64,000 nt of DNA from a bacterium (GCA_965216635.1 OZ244188.1:1984001-2048000); one strand, 5' to 3'; shown: positions 1 through 10,056, counted from the first letter of the stretch. Notes: generated from the letters alone by a model not told the origin. Translations and numbers: made by a program.

Positions 1-366
1 AATCAAATGGCTTATTTGACCTGTTTTTTTTCTTTACAAACTCCAGAACATACCAGCGAGTTTTTTTGTTCAGGTGTACTCACTTGCACAGGAATGGGAA
101 GCAACGCTTGGTTTCGCAACGCCGGTGGAAATCCTTTTGCAAAAAATTTAAACGCCTTTAGTTATCTTGTACTTACTCCCCAAGCCAAAACACCACCTGC
201 TAGAGTGTCAGAAATTTTAGACGGAGGGCAAAAAATAAAATTGAGAATCCTAAAAGATAAAATAGTTGTTTGTTTAGATTCTAGAGAAACCATCTTTACA
301 AAAATGGGTGATGAAGTAGAAGTTTTCTTAGAACACGATAAATTCATTCCCGTAATTCAACTATGA
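1..366 (+). CDS. NAD kinase-like protein, C-terminal part (truncated by window start)
   Basis: SGVLTCTGMGSNAWFRNAGG resembles the NAD kinase STPTGSTAYxLSAGG motif; frame is open to the window edge. Confidence 0.6.
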   Translation, partial: NQMAYLTCFFSLQTPEHTSEFFCSGVLTCTGMGSNAWFRNAGGNPFAKNLNAFSYLVLTPQAKTPPARVSEILDGGQKIKLRILKDKIVVCLDSRETIFTKMGDEVEVFLEHDKFIPVIQL

Positions 367-1436
367 ATTTCTTAGATCCTTTTTTTTCTTCCTTTGAAGC
401 TTACACTGCGGTAGAAAATCTAGAGCAACTTTCCCAAAAAACAGGCTTTGCAAAAGAAGATATTATTAAGATTAACGCCAATGAAAATCCTTACGGTTTT
501 CCTAAAAAACTAGTGTTGAAAATTCTGCAAGATGTGAACTGGACGCATTATCCTGATGCAGAGCAAACCCTTCTAAGAAAATATATAAGCGATTACACAC
601 ACACACATCCGACAGAAATTTTAGCAGGCAACGGTAGCGATGAAATTTTGGATATTATTTGTCGGTTTTTGCCAAAAACCAGTAAAGTTCTCATTTTTCC
701 TCCGACCTTTTCTTACTACGAGCATTTAATTAAATTAAACCGACACCTCTGTCTTAAAGGAAGGCTTAACAAAGATTTTTCTATAGACCTAAACAATGCA
801 TCTGAATTGCAAAAAACAAAACCAGCCCTCGTTTTTTTATGCTCTCCTAATAACCCAACAGGCAAATGTATCAGTGAGAAAGAATTACAATTTTTTTTGA
901 AATGGGATTCGCTCATCGTTTTAGACGAGGCTTATTTTGAGTTCAGTCAAACCAGTCACCAAAAGCTTCTTAGAAAAAACAAAAATCTTATCATTACAAG
1001 AACCTTCTCCAAAGCCTTTGCTTTAGCTGGGTTACGACTGGGTTATGCCGTGTTAGATTCTCAGCTACAAAAAAAATTTTTGGCTTTGAAATACCCTTAC
1101 AATACCCATAATTTAGGCGAAGTGGCTGTCAAGGTTTGTTTGCAAAATTTGGAAATATTCCAAAAACAAATCACACAAATACTAAAAACAAGAGAATGGG
1201 TTTTTAAAAAACTTGAGCAACACCCAAAAATCACACCCTATCCATCGCAGAGCAATTTTATTCTTTGTCAAATTTTTCAAGTCAGTGCAAAGGAAATTTA
1301 TCATCAACTTATACGGCAAGGTATTATTATCCGCTACTTTGACACCGCATTGCTCAAAAATTTTATCCGTTTTAGTATAGGCACTCCTCAACAGATGCAG
1401 AAATTTGTTTCGGTTATGTTTGATATTTTGGCTTGA
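363..1436 (+). CDS. hisC: histidinol-phosphate aminotransferase
   Basis: NANENPY, GNGSDE, CSPNNPTG, DEAY and RTFSKAFALAGLRLGY motifs. Confidence 0.95.
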   Translation: MNFLDPFFSSFEAYTAVENLEQLSQKTGFAKEDIIKINANENPYGFPKKLVLKILQDVNWTHYPDAEQTLLRKYISDYTHTHPTEILAGNGSDEILDIICRFLPKTSKVLIFPPTFSYYEHLIKLNRHLCLKGRLNKDFSIDLNNASELQKTKPALVFLCSPNNPTGKCISEKELQFFLKWDSLIVLDEAYFEFSQTSHQKLLRKNKNLIITRTFSKAFALAGLRLGYAVLDSQLQKKFLALKYPYNTHNLGEVAVKVCLQNLEIFQKQITQILKTREWVFKKLEQHPKITPYPSQSNFILCQIFQVSAKEIYHQLIRQGIIIRYFDTALLKNFIRFSIGTPQQMQKFVSVMFDILA

Positions 1437-1537
1437 TATTTTGGCAGGTTAGAAACAAATTGGCTTACTTTTTCCTTTCATTCTGGTTATAACCAAAGTT
1501 TCTTTGGGCGGTTTGTCTATTTTTTGCTGTTTCTTTT

Positions 1538-2410
1538 CTACGCTCTACAATTTTCTATATCACAAACTAAAATATCTTTAGCACCTATAGATTCTAGTTG
1601 TTCCATAAGCTCCACAGAGCTTTCTTTTTTGATTAAGGATTTTACAGCCACCCAATTAGAATTTTCTAACGGCATAATTGTAGGAGATGTTCCCCCTGGT
1701 GTTAATTTCTCTCCTCGTGAAAGATTTTTTCTTTGAATGTTGTATTCAATCAAGGCGTAGCTATTGGCTTTGCATATTCCTTCAATTCTCAAACTAACTT
1801 GTTCTGCTAATTTTGGATGTTTTGTATTGGGGTTCATTATTAAAATAGCTTCTGAATCCAGAAGAGTCTCTCTTATTCTCAGGTTCATAGCCTTCAAAGT
1901 TTCTCCAGTCTCTACAAGGTCTACTATCAAATGCGATAAACCTAGTCTGCAAGCAATTTCCACAGATCCCGAAAGTTGAATGATTTTTAATTGTTTGATT
2001 TTTTTTTGTAAAAATTGCTTGGTGAGATGCGGAAAAGAAGTAGCTACAGTCAAAAATTCTGTGTTGTCTAATTTGATTTTAGATTTTTCTGGGGATAGGA
2101 GACACAGGAAACATTTACCATAATTTAAGGCTAATTTTTCTATCAAATCTCCGCTTCCAGCGGAACGGGATTCTAAAATCAAATCTCTGCCGCTGATTCC
2201 TAAATCTACTTCACCTTGTGAAATATAGTTCGGTATATCTTTGGCAGGCAAAAAAACAATGGTCACTGCTAGATTTTGACAAGGAGCAATATCGGAGCGG
2301 AAATTTTTTTGAAAATCTAGCCCAGATTTTTTAAGAATGTCTTCACTGCTAGTGCTGAGTCTGCCTTTTTTAGGAATGGCAAGTAGAAGTCTATTTTTTG
2401 TTTTCATCAC
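1538..2410 (-). CDS. hisG: ATP phosphoribosyltransferase (long form)
   Basis: AIPKKGRL, GSVE, IVDLVETGETL motifs and a C-terminal regulatory domain (SPTIMPL). Confidence 0.95.
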   Translation of the reverse strand: MMKTKNRLLLAIPKKGRLSTSSEDILKKSGLDFQKNFRSDIAPCQNLAVTIVFLPAKDIPNYISQGEVDLGISGRDLILESRSAGSGDLIEKLALNYGKCFLCLLSPEKSKIKLDNTEFLTVATSFPHLTKQFLQKKIKQLKIIQLSGSVEIACRLGLSHLIVDLVETGETLKAMNLRIRETLLDSEAILIMNPNTKHPKLAEQVSLRIEGICKANSYALIEYNIQRKNLSRGEKLTPGGTSPTIMPLENSNWVAVKSLIKKESSVELMEQLESIGAKDILVCDIENCRA

Positions 2411-2693
2411 GTCTTCGTTTAAGTTCTTCTGCTATATCTTGGGGAGTAATACCTTCAAAATCTAGCATCACTAAAAGGTGAAAAAGTAAGTCTGCTGTTT
2501 CATGAATAGTTTCTTTTTTTGCTTTATCTTTAGCAGCTAAAATAACTTCAGTGCTTTCTTCACCTATTTTTTGCAAGATAGAGTTCAGCCCTTTTTGATT
2601 GAGCAGAGCAACATAAGATGTTTGAGGATTGGATGATTTTCTTTGCTGAATGATTTCAAAAAGCTCGTTTAGCGCAGAAAAATCTTTTTTCAT
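2391..2693 (-). CDS. hisE: phosphoribosyl-ATP diphosphatase
   Basis: SYVALL, KIGEESTEVILAA, ETADLLFHLLV; start placed at ATG 2693 because the upstream ORF extension lies in a tandem repeat. Confidence 0.92.
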   Translation of the reverse strand: MKKDFSALNELFEIIQQRKSSNPQTSYVALLNQKGLNSILQKIGEESTEVILAAKDKAKKETIHETADLLFHLLVMLDFEGITPQDIAEELKRRRDENKK

Positions 2694-2702
2694 TTTAAAT
2701 AT

Positions 2703-2773
2703 TTTCGGTTTAAATCTTTTCAATTTAAATCTTTCGGTTTAAATCTTTTCAATTTAAATCTTTCGGTTTAAAT
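2703..2773. repeat. 29-bp tandem duplication at the lpxK 3' end
   Basis: tttcggtttaaatcttttcaatttaaatc twice plus a partial third copy. Confidence 0.85.
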
Positions 2774-3854
2774 TTTTTAACCTTTTTTTAAATTCTATTT
2801 GTAAAGTAGCGGGAACTTTGATTTCCGTTTTTACTACAAAAAATTTTGGCATTTCTTTTCTATAAGAAAAAAGTTTTACCCAATCCTTTTCTGTAGTTAA
2901 GAATAAACTGTTAGCAGAGATTTTACTATATTTTTTGCTAATTTTTTTTTGGTAGCAAAAAACTTTTTCTAGACTAGTTTTTGAATAGGAAAAATGATCG
3001 GGAAAATAAAATGTTTTTACAATTTTGCCTTTGGTTCCTAAAATGGATTTTAAAAGCAATACAAAACCTTGGGGGTTAGCAATGGCACAAAAAACTACTA
3101 CCTCTTTGTTTTCCAATTTTTTCAAAGGAATTTTTTGTAAATTTTTAGAATCTATTAGGTATTTTGCTTTGAGCTCTAGTGAAAAAAAATTTTTTCCTTG
3201 TGGTAAATCTTGTTGAATCTGGCGGATTTTATTTGCGTTATATTGGCTATCTTTTTCTAAATTACAGCCCGTCAATAAAATCAGATCGTTTCTTTTTAGA
3301 GCAGATAAAGGCTCGCGAAGAATACCTTGGGGGAGTAGTTTTTTATTTCCAAAACCAACAAGACTATTAACCAAACATATATCTATATCTCTAGCTACCG
3401 CTAAATGCTGCATCCCGTCGTCCAAAATTCCAATATTTCCTAGATGAGAATATTGCATTAAACTTTTTTTTCTTTTGGGAAAAATAACAATAGGCACTTT
3501 AGGATGATGCAGAGATAACATAACAGGTTCGTCTCCATAAAATCCAACCATTGGGAGTATTTTATTTGGCTGTTTTTCTGCTTGGATGAGTAGACGCATT
3601 TTCTTCCCTTGAGACTTATAGCCTCTGGTAAAAACTACGGGCTTAAAACCTTGCGTTTGCAAAAAACCAACTAACCAACTTACAAAAGGAGTTTTTCCAG
3701 TACCTCCATAACTAATATTTCCTACTGAAATCACTGGAATTTTTGCTTTATAGCTGGATCTAAGGCGAGCTAAAAAAAACCATATTAGATAGCAACAATA
3801 GTATATTAAACTAGTAAATTTTAACAAAAATTTTTTACAATAAAGCATACTCAA
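2754..3854 (-). CDS. lpxK: tetraacyldisaccharide 4'-kinase
   Basis: VISVGNISYGGTGKTP, RGY, GDEP, DDGMQH, LREP, FPDHF, TTEKD. Confidence 0.95.
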   Translation of the reverse strand: MSMLYCKKFLLKFTSLIYYCCYLIWFFLARLRSSYKAKIPVISVGNISYGGTGKTPFVSWLVGFLQTQGFKPVVFTRGYKSQGKKMRLLIQAEKQPNKILPMVGFYGDEPVMLSLHHPKVPIVIFPKRKKSLMQYSHLGNIGILDDGMQHLAVARDIDICLVNSLVGFGNKKLLPQGILREPLSALKRNDLILLTGCNLEKDSQYNANKIRQIQQDLPQGKNFFSLELKAKYLIDSKNLQKIPLKKLENKEVVVFCAIANPQGFVLLLKSILGTKGKIVKTFYFPDHFSYSKTSLEKVFCYQKKISKKYSKISANSLFLTTEKDWVKLFSYRKEMPKFFVVKTEIKVPATLQIEFKKRLKNLNRKI

Positions 3855-3898
3855 TGTAGTATTTTAGCTCTTTTACTTTTTCTGCTCTTTTATTTTTT

Positions 3899-4387
3899 CT
3901 ACTTTTTTACTTTTTTTTTAAACTGCACTTTCTCTTCCGTGTTCGTTTTACGAACAACGACAGTATTTGCCATTTTATCGTGCCATCCTTGTTTTCTGAT
4001 ATCAAAAGCTAACCAGAAAATTCCTAAAAATAAAACAGCAACTGAAGGGATATAGCCAATATAGCGAATAATAAACCGCCCTATCGTTGGTTTTTTTCCA
4101 GTATCTGCGTCTACTATTTTTATAGAAAAAAGTAACTTTCCGGGCGTAGCTTGGTAATGGCTCCAAAAAAGTAAAACTACTACAACAGGAAAAACATAGG
4201 ATATTAAAAAATCAGCAGGACCTAGAATATCAAACTCACCCGCCCAAAACATTTTTTTAAAAAACAAAGCTTCACTACCATAAAAAAGATAAGGTAACGG
4301 AGCAGTAATAACGGATACGATAATTCCATCTATAATGGTGGCGAATGTTCTTATCCAAATGCCAGCGTATTTTAATTCTTCTTTCAT
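3899..4387 (-). CDS. RDD family membrane protein
   Basis: YAGIWIRTFATIID, TPGK, QGWHDKMANTVV. Confidence 0.9.
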   Translation of the reverse strand: MKEELKYAGIWIRTFATIIDGIIVSVITAPLPYLFYGSEALFFKKMFWAGEFDILGPADFLISYVFPVVVVLLFWSHYQATPGKLLFSIKIVDADTGKKPTIGRFIIRYIGYIPSVAVLFLGIFWLAFDIRKQGWHDKMANTVVVRKTNTEEKVQFKKKVKK

Positions 4388-4438
4388 AGTATAGTTTGTT
4401 TGTTGTTTAAAATTAAAGAGACCTTTTCAGTAGATCAC

Positions 4439-7276
4439 TTAATAAATTTTTTCTAGTTGTTTTTTTATCTCTTCCAATCCAGAGATTTTGCTGCCGCTAC
4501 ATTGAGCCAATAAAGAACTACCACCTCCTTTTCCATCTATGAGAGAGCAATGCTTTTTGATAAATTCTCCGCAATGAAATTCGTTTAAATTTTTGGTGCA
4601 GGCGAGCGTTAGCCCTATTTGATTTTGTGAGTATTTTTTGTGAACACAAACAACCCCTTTTTCTATTTTTTGCAAAAGCCTTTCTACAACAGGTTTGTTA
4701 TCTAATTCTTGAGTTGGGTTTGCTTGAAAAAACAATTTTTTACCGTTTTTTTCTACAGGATCTTGGATTTCTACTTCAATTAGTTTTAAGAATTCTTGTT
4801 CTACGGCTTGAATTTCTTTGTCAATTTTCTTTAAATCTTCTGCTATTTTATTGAAATTCTCTCTGTCCCGAGGATCTGACAAAAGTTTCACGTGCTCTTT
4901 AGAATTGAATTGAATTTTGTTTATTATTTTTTTTTCTTGTTTTATAATATTTAGTAATCTGTCTAAATCCTGAATTGAACGAGGAGATTTATAAATTTCT
5001 CTTTTTTCTTCCGTTAATTTTTCTTGTTCTTGGTAAAAAATTTTATTCTGCTCCATTATTTCAGCATTCTTTTTTAATTTTTGCGCCATACGCCCTTTAT
5101 AACTATTCCCAACAACAGCTTCAATCCTGCGAATGCCAGCAGCCGAAGAGGCTTCGGATAAAATCTCAAATTTTTCTAAATCTCCCGTTCTTGTTGCATG
5201 ACAACCTCCACAAAGCTCCATACTGTGCGAACCAGCGCTGATCACACGAACTTCAGCTGCATATTTTTCTCCAAAAAAAGCCAAAGCCCCTTTTTTCAGT
5301 GCTTGTTCTAAGGGCAAAGTTTCGCTATGAATTTCTTCGTTTGTTTCAATATAATCATTCACAAGATTTTGAATTTCTGCTAGTAGGTTGGGTTGAATTG
5401 CTTCAAAATGTTGGAAGTCAAATCTCAGTCTTTGAGATTCTACCAAAGAACCAGCCTGTTTTATATGCTCGCCTAAAACTTCTCTTAAAGCAGCGTGGAG
5501 CAAGTGCGTTGCTGTATGGTGCTTTTCTATTTCTTTTCTTTTTTCAACATCTACCTCTGCAGCAAAAGAAATTTTATTTTGATTTTCTTTAGATGGAGCA
5601 AATGGATTGTTTGCTGTTTTCAATATTGCTCTAGAATAATTCACACCTGCTGGAGATTTTTGGGTGTCTAGCACTTGAATAAAATAATCTTTGGTTACAA
5701 TTTTTCCGCTATCTCCAATTTGTCCGCCAGACTCAGCATAAAAAGGAGTTTTTTCTAAAGATAAGTAAAACTCTTCACCTTGCTTGACTTCGGTTAAAAT
5801 ATGTTCTTTGTTCCAAATGTAGGCAATAGAGCTTTTTGTCTTCAGCTGTTCGTAACCTACAAATTCGTTTCTAAAACCTTTGTCTTGAATTTCTAATAAA
5901 GGCTTCATTACCATTTTGTGGTTTAAATGTTGGGCTGCTCTGGAAGTTGTTTTTTGATTCTGCATGGCTGATTCAAATTCTTTTTTTTCAAAACCCATCT
6001 TTTCTGTTTCTAAAATATCTTCTGCCATATCTACAGGAAACCCGTATGTATCGTAAAGTTTAAAAATATCTACACCGCTAATTTGAGATTTATTTTGTTG
6101 CCGTTCTGCTAAAGCAGTTTTTGGGGGCTGGTCTTTTTTTGCTTTTTCTATCAGCTCGCTTAAAATTTTCATACCACTACTTAGTGTGCTAGCAAATCTT
6201 TCTTCTTCTTGAGTAATAATTTTTTTGATGTAGTCTTTTTGTTGTTTTACTTCAGGATAAGCAGAAGCAATTTGCTCTGCAAAAAAAGAACTGATTTCAG
6301 CAAAACCACCTAGTTTAAGCCCTAAATAATTCGCATTCAACAAGGCTCTGCGAATAATTCTACGCAAAACATAACCTCTGCCTTCGTTAGCGGGAAGCAC
6401 TCCATCACTAATAATAATACTACTGGAGCGAATATGGTCTGCTATAATTCTAGTGGCACAATCTAGCTTGTCTTCACTACCAAAATCATACCTTGCTACT
6501 CTGCAAATAAAATCTATCAGGGGTAAAAAAAGGTCGGTTTTGTAATTAGAATCTACTCCTTGCAAAACAGAAACTATCCTCTCTAAACCCATACCCGTAT
6601 CTACACTTGGGGCTGGGAGAGGTTGAAGTGTTCCGTCTTTTTGACGATTGAATTGCATAAAAACGAGATTCCAAATCTCTAAAAATCTGCCGTCGTCTGC
6701 TTCCAAACTTTGTAAGATACTACGGTTTTTTTGAACTCCGTTTAAATCAAAATGAATTTCCGAACAGGGTCCACAAGGACCCAAATCTCCCATAGACCAA
6801 AAGTTGTCTTTTTCGCCTAAACGGGCAATTCTATCTTTAGGAATACCAATAGTTTTTTCCCAAATTTCAAAAGCCTCGTCATCTTTTTCGTAGACAGAAA
6901 CAGCAAGTTTGTTTTTATCTAGTTTTAATGTTTGCGTCAAGAATTCCCAAGCGTAGGCAATTGCCTTGTCTTTGAAATAATCACCAAAAGAAAAATTACC
7001 CAACATTTCAAAGAAAGTATGGTGCCGTGCAGTTTTACCAACATTATCTAAATCGTTGTGTTTTCCTCCAGCGCGAATGATCTTTTGGATTGTAACAGCT
7101 CGCAAAAAATCCGGCTTATCGTTGCCTAAAAAATAATCTTTGAATTGATTCATACCAGCACTGGTAAATAAAAGAGTGGGATCGTCGTGGGGAACGCTAG
7201 AAGAACTGCTTATTTTTTGGTGTCCCTTGGCACAGAAGAATTTTATAAAAAGCTCACGGAGCTGTTGAGTTTTCAT
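4439..7276 (-). CDS. alaS: alanine--tRNA ligase
   Basis: DPTLLFTSAGM, RHHTFFEMLGNFSFGDYFK, HTATHLL, ELCGGCH, GGG C-terminal motif. Confidence 0.98.
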   Translation of the reverse strand: MKTQQLRELFIKFFCAKGHQKISSSSSVPHDDPTLLFTSAGMNQFKDYFLGNDKPDFLRAVTIQKIIRAGGKHNDLDNVGKTARHHTFFEMLGNFSFGDYFKDKAIAYAWEFLTQTLKLDKNKLAVSVYEKDDEAFEIWEKTIGIPKDRIARLGEKDNFWSMGDLGPCGPCSEIHFDLNGVQKNRSILQSLEADDGRFLEIWNLVFMQFNRQKDGTLQPLPAPSVDTGMGLERIVSVLQGVDSNYKTDLFLPLIDFICRVARYDFGSEDKLDCATRIIADHIRSSSIIISDGVLPANEGRGYVLRRIIRRALLNANYLGLKLGGFAEISSFFAEQIASAYPEVKQQKDYIKKIITQEEERFASTLSSGMKILSELIEKAKKDQPPKTALAERQQNKSQISGVDIFKLYDTYGFPVDMAEDILETEKMGFEKKEFESAMQNQKTTSRAAQHLNHKMVMKPLLEIQDKGFRNEFVGYEQLKTKSSIAYIWNKEHILTEVKQGEEFYLSLEKTPFYAESGGQIGDSGKIVTKDYFIQVLDTQKSPAGVNYSRAILKTANNPFAPSKENQNKISFAAEVDVEKRKEIEKHHTATHLLHAALREVLGEHIKQAGSLVESQRLRFDFQHFEAIQPNLLAEIQNLVNDYIETNEEIHSETLPLEQALKKGALAFFGEKYAAEVRVISAGSHSMELCGGCHATRTGDLEKFEILSEASSAAGIRRIEAVVGNSYKGRMAQKLKKNAEIMEQNKIFYQEQEKLTEEKREIYKSPRSIQDLDRLLNIIKQEKKIINKIQFNSKEHVKLLSDPRDRENFNKIAEDLKKIDKEIQAVEQEFLKLIEVEIQDPVEKNGKKLFFQANPTQELDNKPVVERLLQKIEKGVVCVHKKYSQNQIGLTLACTKNLNEFHCGEFIKKHCSLIDGKGGGSSLLAQCSGSKISGLEEIKKQLEKIY

Positions 7277-7584
7277 GATCTTAATAGATCAAATTCATCT
7301 GTATTCGTGCTTTTTCGGATGCGATACATTTGTAAAATAATAGCTAAACCTATAACACTCTCTGCCGCCGCGATTACAATCACAAAAAAAATAGCAACAA
7401 TTCCTTCAATATTTTGTAACTGCCAAGCAAAAGTCGCTAAACTTAAGTTAATTGCATTTAACATAATTTCGACACAAATCAAGATCATAATGGCATCTTT
7501 GCGAATTAAAAATCCCAACATACCTATACAGAATAAAATACCACTTAAGACTAAGAGGTTTTGTGTGAGTAATGTCTCGTTCAT
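7273..7584 (-). CDS. nuoK: NADH-quinone oxidoreductase subunit K
   Basis: EIMLNAINL and VIAAAESVIGLAI motifs; three TM segments. Confidence 0.93.
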   Translation of the reverse strand: MNETLLTQNLLVLSGILFCIGMLGFLIRKDAIMILICVEIMLNAINLSLATFAWQLQNIEGIVAIFFVIVIAAAESVIGLAIILQMYRIRKSTNTDEFDLLRS

Positions 7585-7592
7585 TTTCTCTT

Positions 7593-7711
7593 ATTAGCGT
7601 TCTGTTTAGCCTATGCGGCGTTAAAAATAAATTTTGCCTCTTGAAATATTCTATATATTCCTGCGAGACAAAATTTATTTTTGCCTTGCCTAGCCGTCAC
7701 ATAACGCTAAT
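7593..7711. mobile_element. MITE-like palindromic element (inner part)
   Basis: attagcgtt/aacgctaat terminal IR; close reverse-complement match to the copy at 20526-20665. Confidence 0.8.
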
Positions 7712-7844
7712 GTAATAGTTTTTTTTAAGTTTTTGTTTCTTGAGTTTTCTTCTTACCTAATACAAAAGCCCCTACTAATGTAATAGTTTTTTTTAAGTTT
7801 TTGTTTCTTGAGTTTTCTTCTTACCTAATACAAAAGCCCCTACT
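7709..7844. repeat. 68-bp tandem duplication of the nuoJ 3' end
   Basis: aatgtaatagttttttttaagtttttgtttcttgagttttcttcttacctaatacaaaagcccctact twice. Confidence 0.9.
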
Positions 7845-8320
7845 GCTGCTACCAATAGTAGTAACGAAATAAACTCAAAAGCTAAAATATATTTATAAAA
7901 TAAAATTTGACTAAAAAGCTCTATGGAGCCTTTTTCTGAAATTTGCTCTAGACTGTAATTTCCTTTAGGAACGTCTTGATTGTCCCAATAGATAAAAACA
8001 CTAATCAATTTAAAACCAAACGCAACTACTATAATAATACTCGCTGCAAGTTTAAAATTCCACTGGATGAGCTTTTCTTGTCTGCCTAAATTCAAGAGCA
8101 TCATAATAAATAAAAAAAGCACCATAATAGCACCCGCATAGACTAGAACTTGAATGGCTGCGATAAATTCCTGATTTAAAATTACATAAATAATTGCAGT
8201 TAAAAAAAAAGCGAATATCAAAGCTAAGCCTGCATTCACTGGACTAGAGGTGAAAATAGCGTAAAGACAGCTTGTGATGAGTAGTGCGGCTATAAGATAA
8301 AATATGATAGAAAAAACCAT
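7793..8320 (-). CDS. nuoJ: NADH-quinone oxidoreductase subunit J
   Basis: QVLVYAGAIMVLFLFIMML and FEFISLLLLVAAVGA motifs. Confidence 0.93.
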   Translation of the reverse strand: MVFSIIFYLIAALLITSCLYAIFTSSPVNAGLALIFAFFLTAIIYVILNQEFIAAIQVLVYAGAIMVLFLFIMMLLNLGRQEKLIQWNFKLAASIIIVVAFGFKLISVFIYWDNQDVPKGNYSLEQISEKGSIELFSQILFYKYILAFEFISLLLLVAAVGAFVLGKKKTQETKT

Positions 8321-8446
8321 AAATTTTAGATACTTTTAATTAGACATTATACTTTGTCTAATGCCTAATTCAACAATCTCTTTTAGTGTCGGTGTATTTG
8401 TTTAAACGCTACCATAAAAAATAAAAATCTGCAAATGACTTTCTAA

Positions 8447-8736
8447 TATAGATTTTTGAATTTCGCTGATGTGACGGCTAGCCAAATGGTTAGAACAGGC
8501 ACGAAAAAAAATTTTCAGCTCGCAGGAATACTGAAGAGCATTTCTTCACAAATGGCAAGAGTTAAAAAAAAAATTTTAATGACGTAGTGCCACAATAATG
8601 GCACCAGGGCACTACAAAACTTGCATACTCCAAAAAAGGACTGTAAAAGAGCCAGTGGCTCTTTTACTATAGCCTGCATAGAGTGAAAGCAATAAGCTTG
8701 TTTTGGCTAAACAGAATGCAAATTCAAAGGTCTATA
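8447..8736. mobile_element. MITE-like element, long form
   Basis: TIRs tatagatttttgaattt ... aaattcaaaggtctata; internal modules shared with other copies. Confidence 0.85.
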
Positions 8737-8788
8737 ATAGTGTATTTCATATTTTTTTAGTAAAAAAGCATTGTATAGGTTTATATTT

Positions 8789-9163
8789 CTAATCAGATAA
8801 TGGATTAAAAACAGGAATATTCAAATCTCTAGAACAGGTTAGTATTTTTTTATCAGAAGTAATTAAGACTGCATTGTTTTGAAGGGCGGTAGCTGTAATA
8901 ATAGAATCGGCTATTTTTAAATTATATTCTTTTCTAATATTACTACATTCTTGAATAGAATTTTCATCTACATAAGAAATACTACAATAGTCTAGTATTT
9001 CATAAATATTCAGTTTTTTTAGAGAGGTGATATTTTTTTGAGAAAAAATTTCTATTTTAGTGATAAAGGAAATAAGGATCTTATCAGATTTTTCAAATTG
9101 AGGAAATTTACCTTTATTTTATAAAAGATAAATAATAGCATTAGTATCTAATTGATAAACCAT
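8789..9163 (-). pseudogene. VapC/PIN toxin with in-frame TAA at codon 15
   Basis: Manual translation MVYQLDTNAIIYLL*NKG...ISFITKIE...LKIADSIITATALQNNAVLITSDK; PIN acidic residues present; stop at 9119-9121. Confidence 0.85.
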
Positions 9164-9325
9164 TTACCCCCATTCTTTTCTTACTTTTTTTTGAAATTCC
9201 AATCCATCGCCTAGACCAGAACCAACTCCTTTAAATTTTTCTATAGGATGGGGTATGTATGCTGATTTTTTTGGATTTTTATCGTTCTTATTTTTTATTT
9301 TAGTAGTTTTTTTTTTAGCTTCCAT
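9164..9325 (-). CDS. putative VapB-like antitoxin (53 aa)
   Basis: Directly upstream of the vapC pseudogene (TAA-ATG abutting); C-terminus DGLEFQKKVRKEWG typical of PIN-associated antitoxins. Confidence 0.65.
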   Translation of the reverse strand: MEAKKKTTKIKNKNDKNPKKSAYIPHPIEKFKGVGSGLGDGLEFQKKVRKEWG

Positions 9326-9329
9326 TTTT

Positions 9330-9518
9330 CTATTTTGAGTTTTGCTTGTTTCAGTGCATTGTTTAATGTTCCAATAGGAATTTCAATATTCAATTTACCT
9401 GCCACTGTTGCTGTTCCCGAGATTTTTCAGGGTGGTTGTATTGCCTATGACTATCTTTTATTCTTATTTGAAACCACCAATTTGGGTCTATAAGGTTTAT
9501 AAATTTTTTTACTTTCAA
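9330..9518 (-). pseudogene. HicA toxin, frameshifted
   Basis: Manual translation MKVKKFINLIDPNWWFQIRIKDSHRQYNHPEKS, then after a frameshift GTATVAGKLNIEIPIGTLNNALKQAKLK; matches the HicA GSH...HP...TV...GTL pattern. Confidence 0.8.
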
Positions 9519-9525
9519 TTTCTTA

Positions 9526-9678
9526 CTAGTTTTTTATCACAAAATTTTTTTGTTGCCAAGCCAAAAGTTCATTATCTGATTTTTGGCATTCTTCATACAC
9601 ATTACGATTAACTTTTTTTAATTTATCTTCAAATTTAGTTGGATTTGAGTGATGTTTTTCTATCATTTTATTATTCAT
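9526..9678 (-). CDS. hypothetical 50-aa protein or fragment
   Basis: Short ATG-started ORF between tRNA-Ser and the hicA pseudogene; no motif recognised. Confidence 0.25.
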   Translation of the reverse strand: MNNKMIEKHHSNPTKFEDKLKKVNRNVYEECQKSDNELLAWQQKNFVIKN

Positions 9679-9718
9679 ATCACAAGCCAGCTTATTTATA
9701 GTTGCATTTAAAAAACAA

Positions 9719-9803
9719 CGGAGAGAGGGGGATTCGAACCCCCGATACATTGCTGTATACACGCTTTCCAAGCGTGCGCCTTCAACCGCTCGGCCACCTC
9801 TCC
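9719..9803 (-). tRNA. tRNA-Ser(GGA)
   Basis: GGAGAGGTGGCCGAGCGGTTGAAGGCGCACGCTTGGAAAGCGTG...GGTTCGAATCC; long variable arm; CCA not encoded. Confidence 0.97.
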
Positions 9804-9822
9804 TTCTATTTTTATATAAGAG

Positions 9823-9896
9823 CGCACCTGAGAGGATTCGAACCTCTGACCTCTTGAACCGCAATCAAACGCTCTATCCAGCTGAGCTACAGGTGC
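9823..9896 (-). tRNA. tRNA-Arg(GCG)
   Basis: GCACCTGTAGCTCAGCTGGATAGAGCGTTTGATTGCGGTTCAAGAGGTCAGAGGTTCGAATCCTCTCAGGTGCG; anticodon loop TT-GCG-GT. Confidence 0.95.
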
Positions 9897-10056
9897 AAAT
9901 TTTTAAAAATATTTTTAATAAATATTTTGATAAATCTATTTTTATTTGACAATAGGTAGGTTATAGGAATAGCATCACCTTATAAAGATAAGCTACCTTA
10001 AATGAATTTTTTTTAAAAGGTTTATCTGATCTTGAATTAAATTTTTAAAATCACAA

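Noticed and set aside
9119..9121. Stop-codon recoding in vapC
   Set aside because: Other genes use TAA, TAG and TGA as normal stops; the neighbouring hicA is also broken, so decay is simpler
9526..9864. 112-aa ORF in the track
   Set aside because: Its 5' half overlaps two tRNA genes on the same strand
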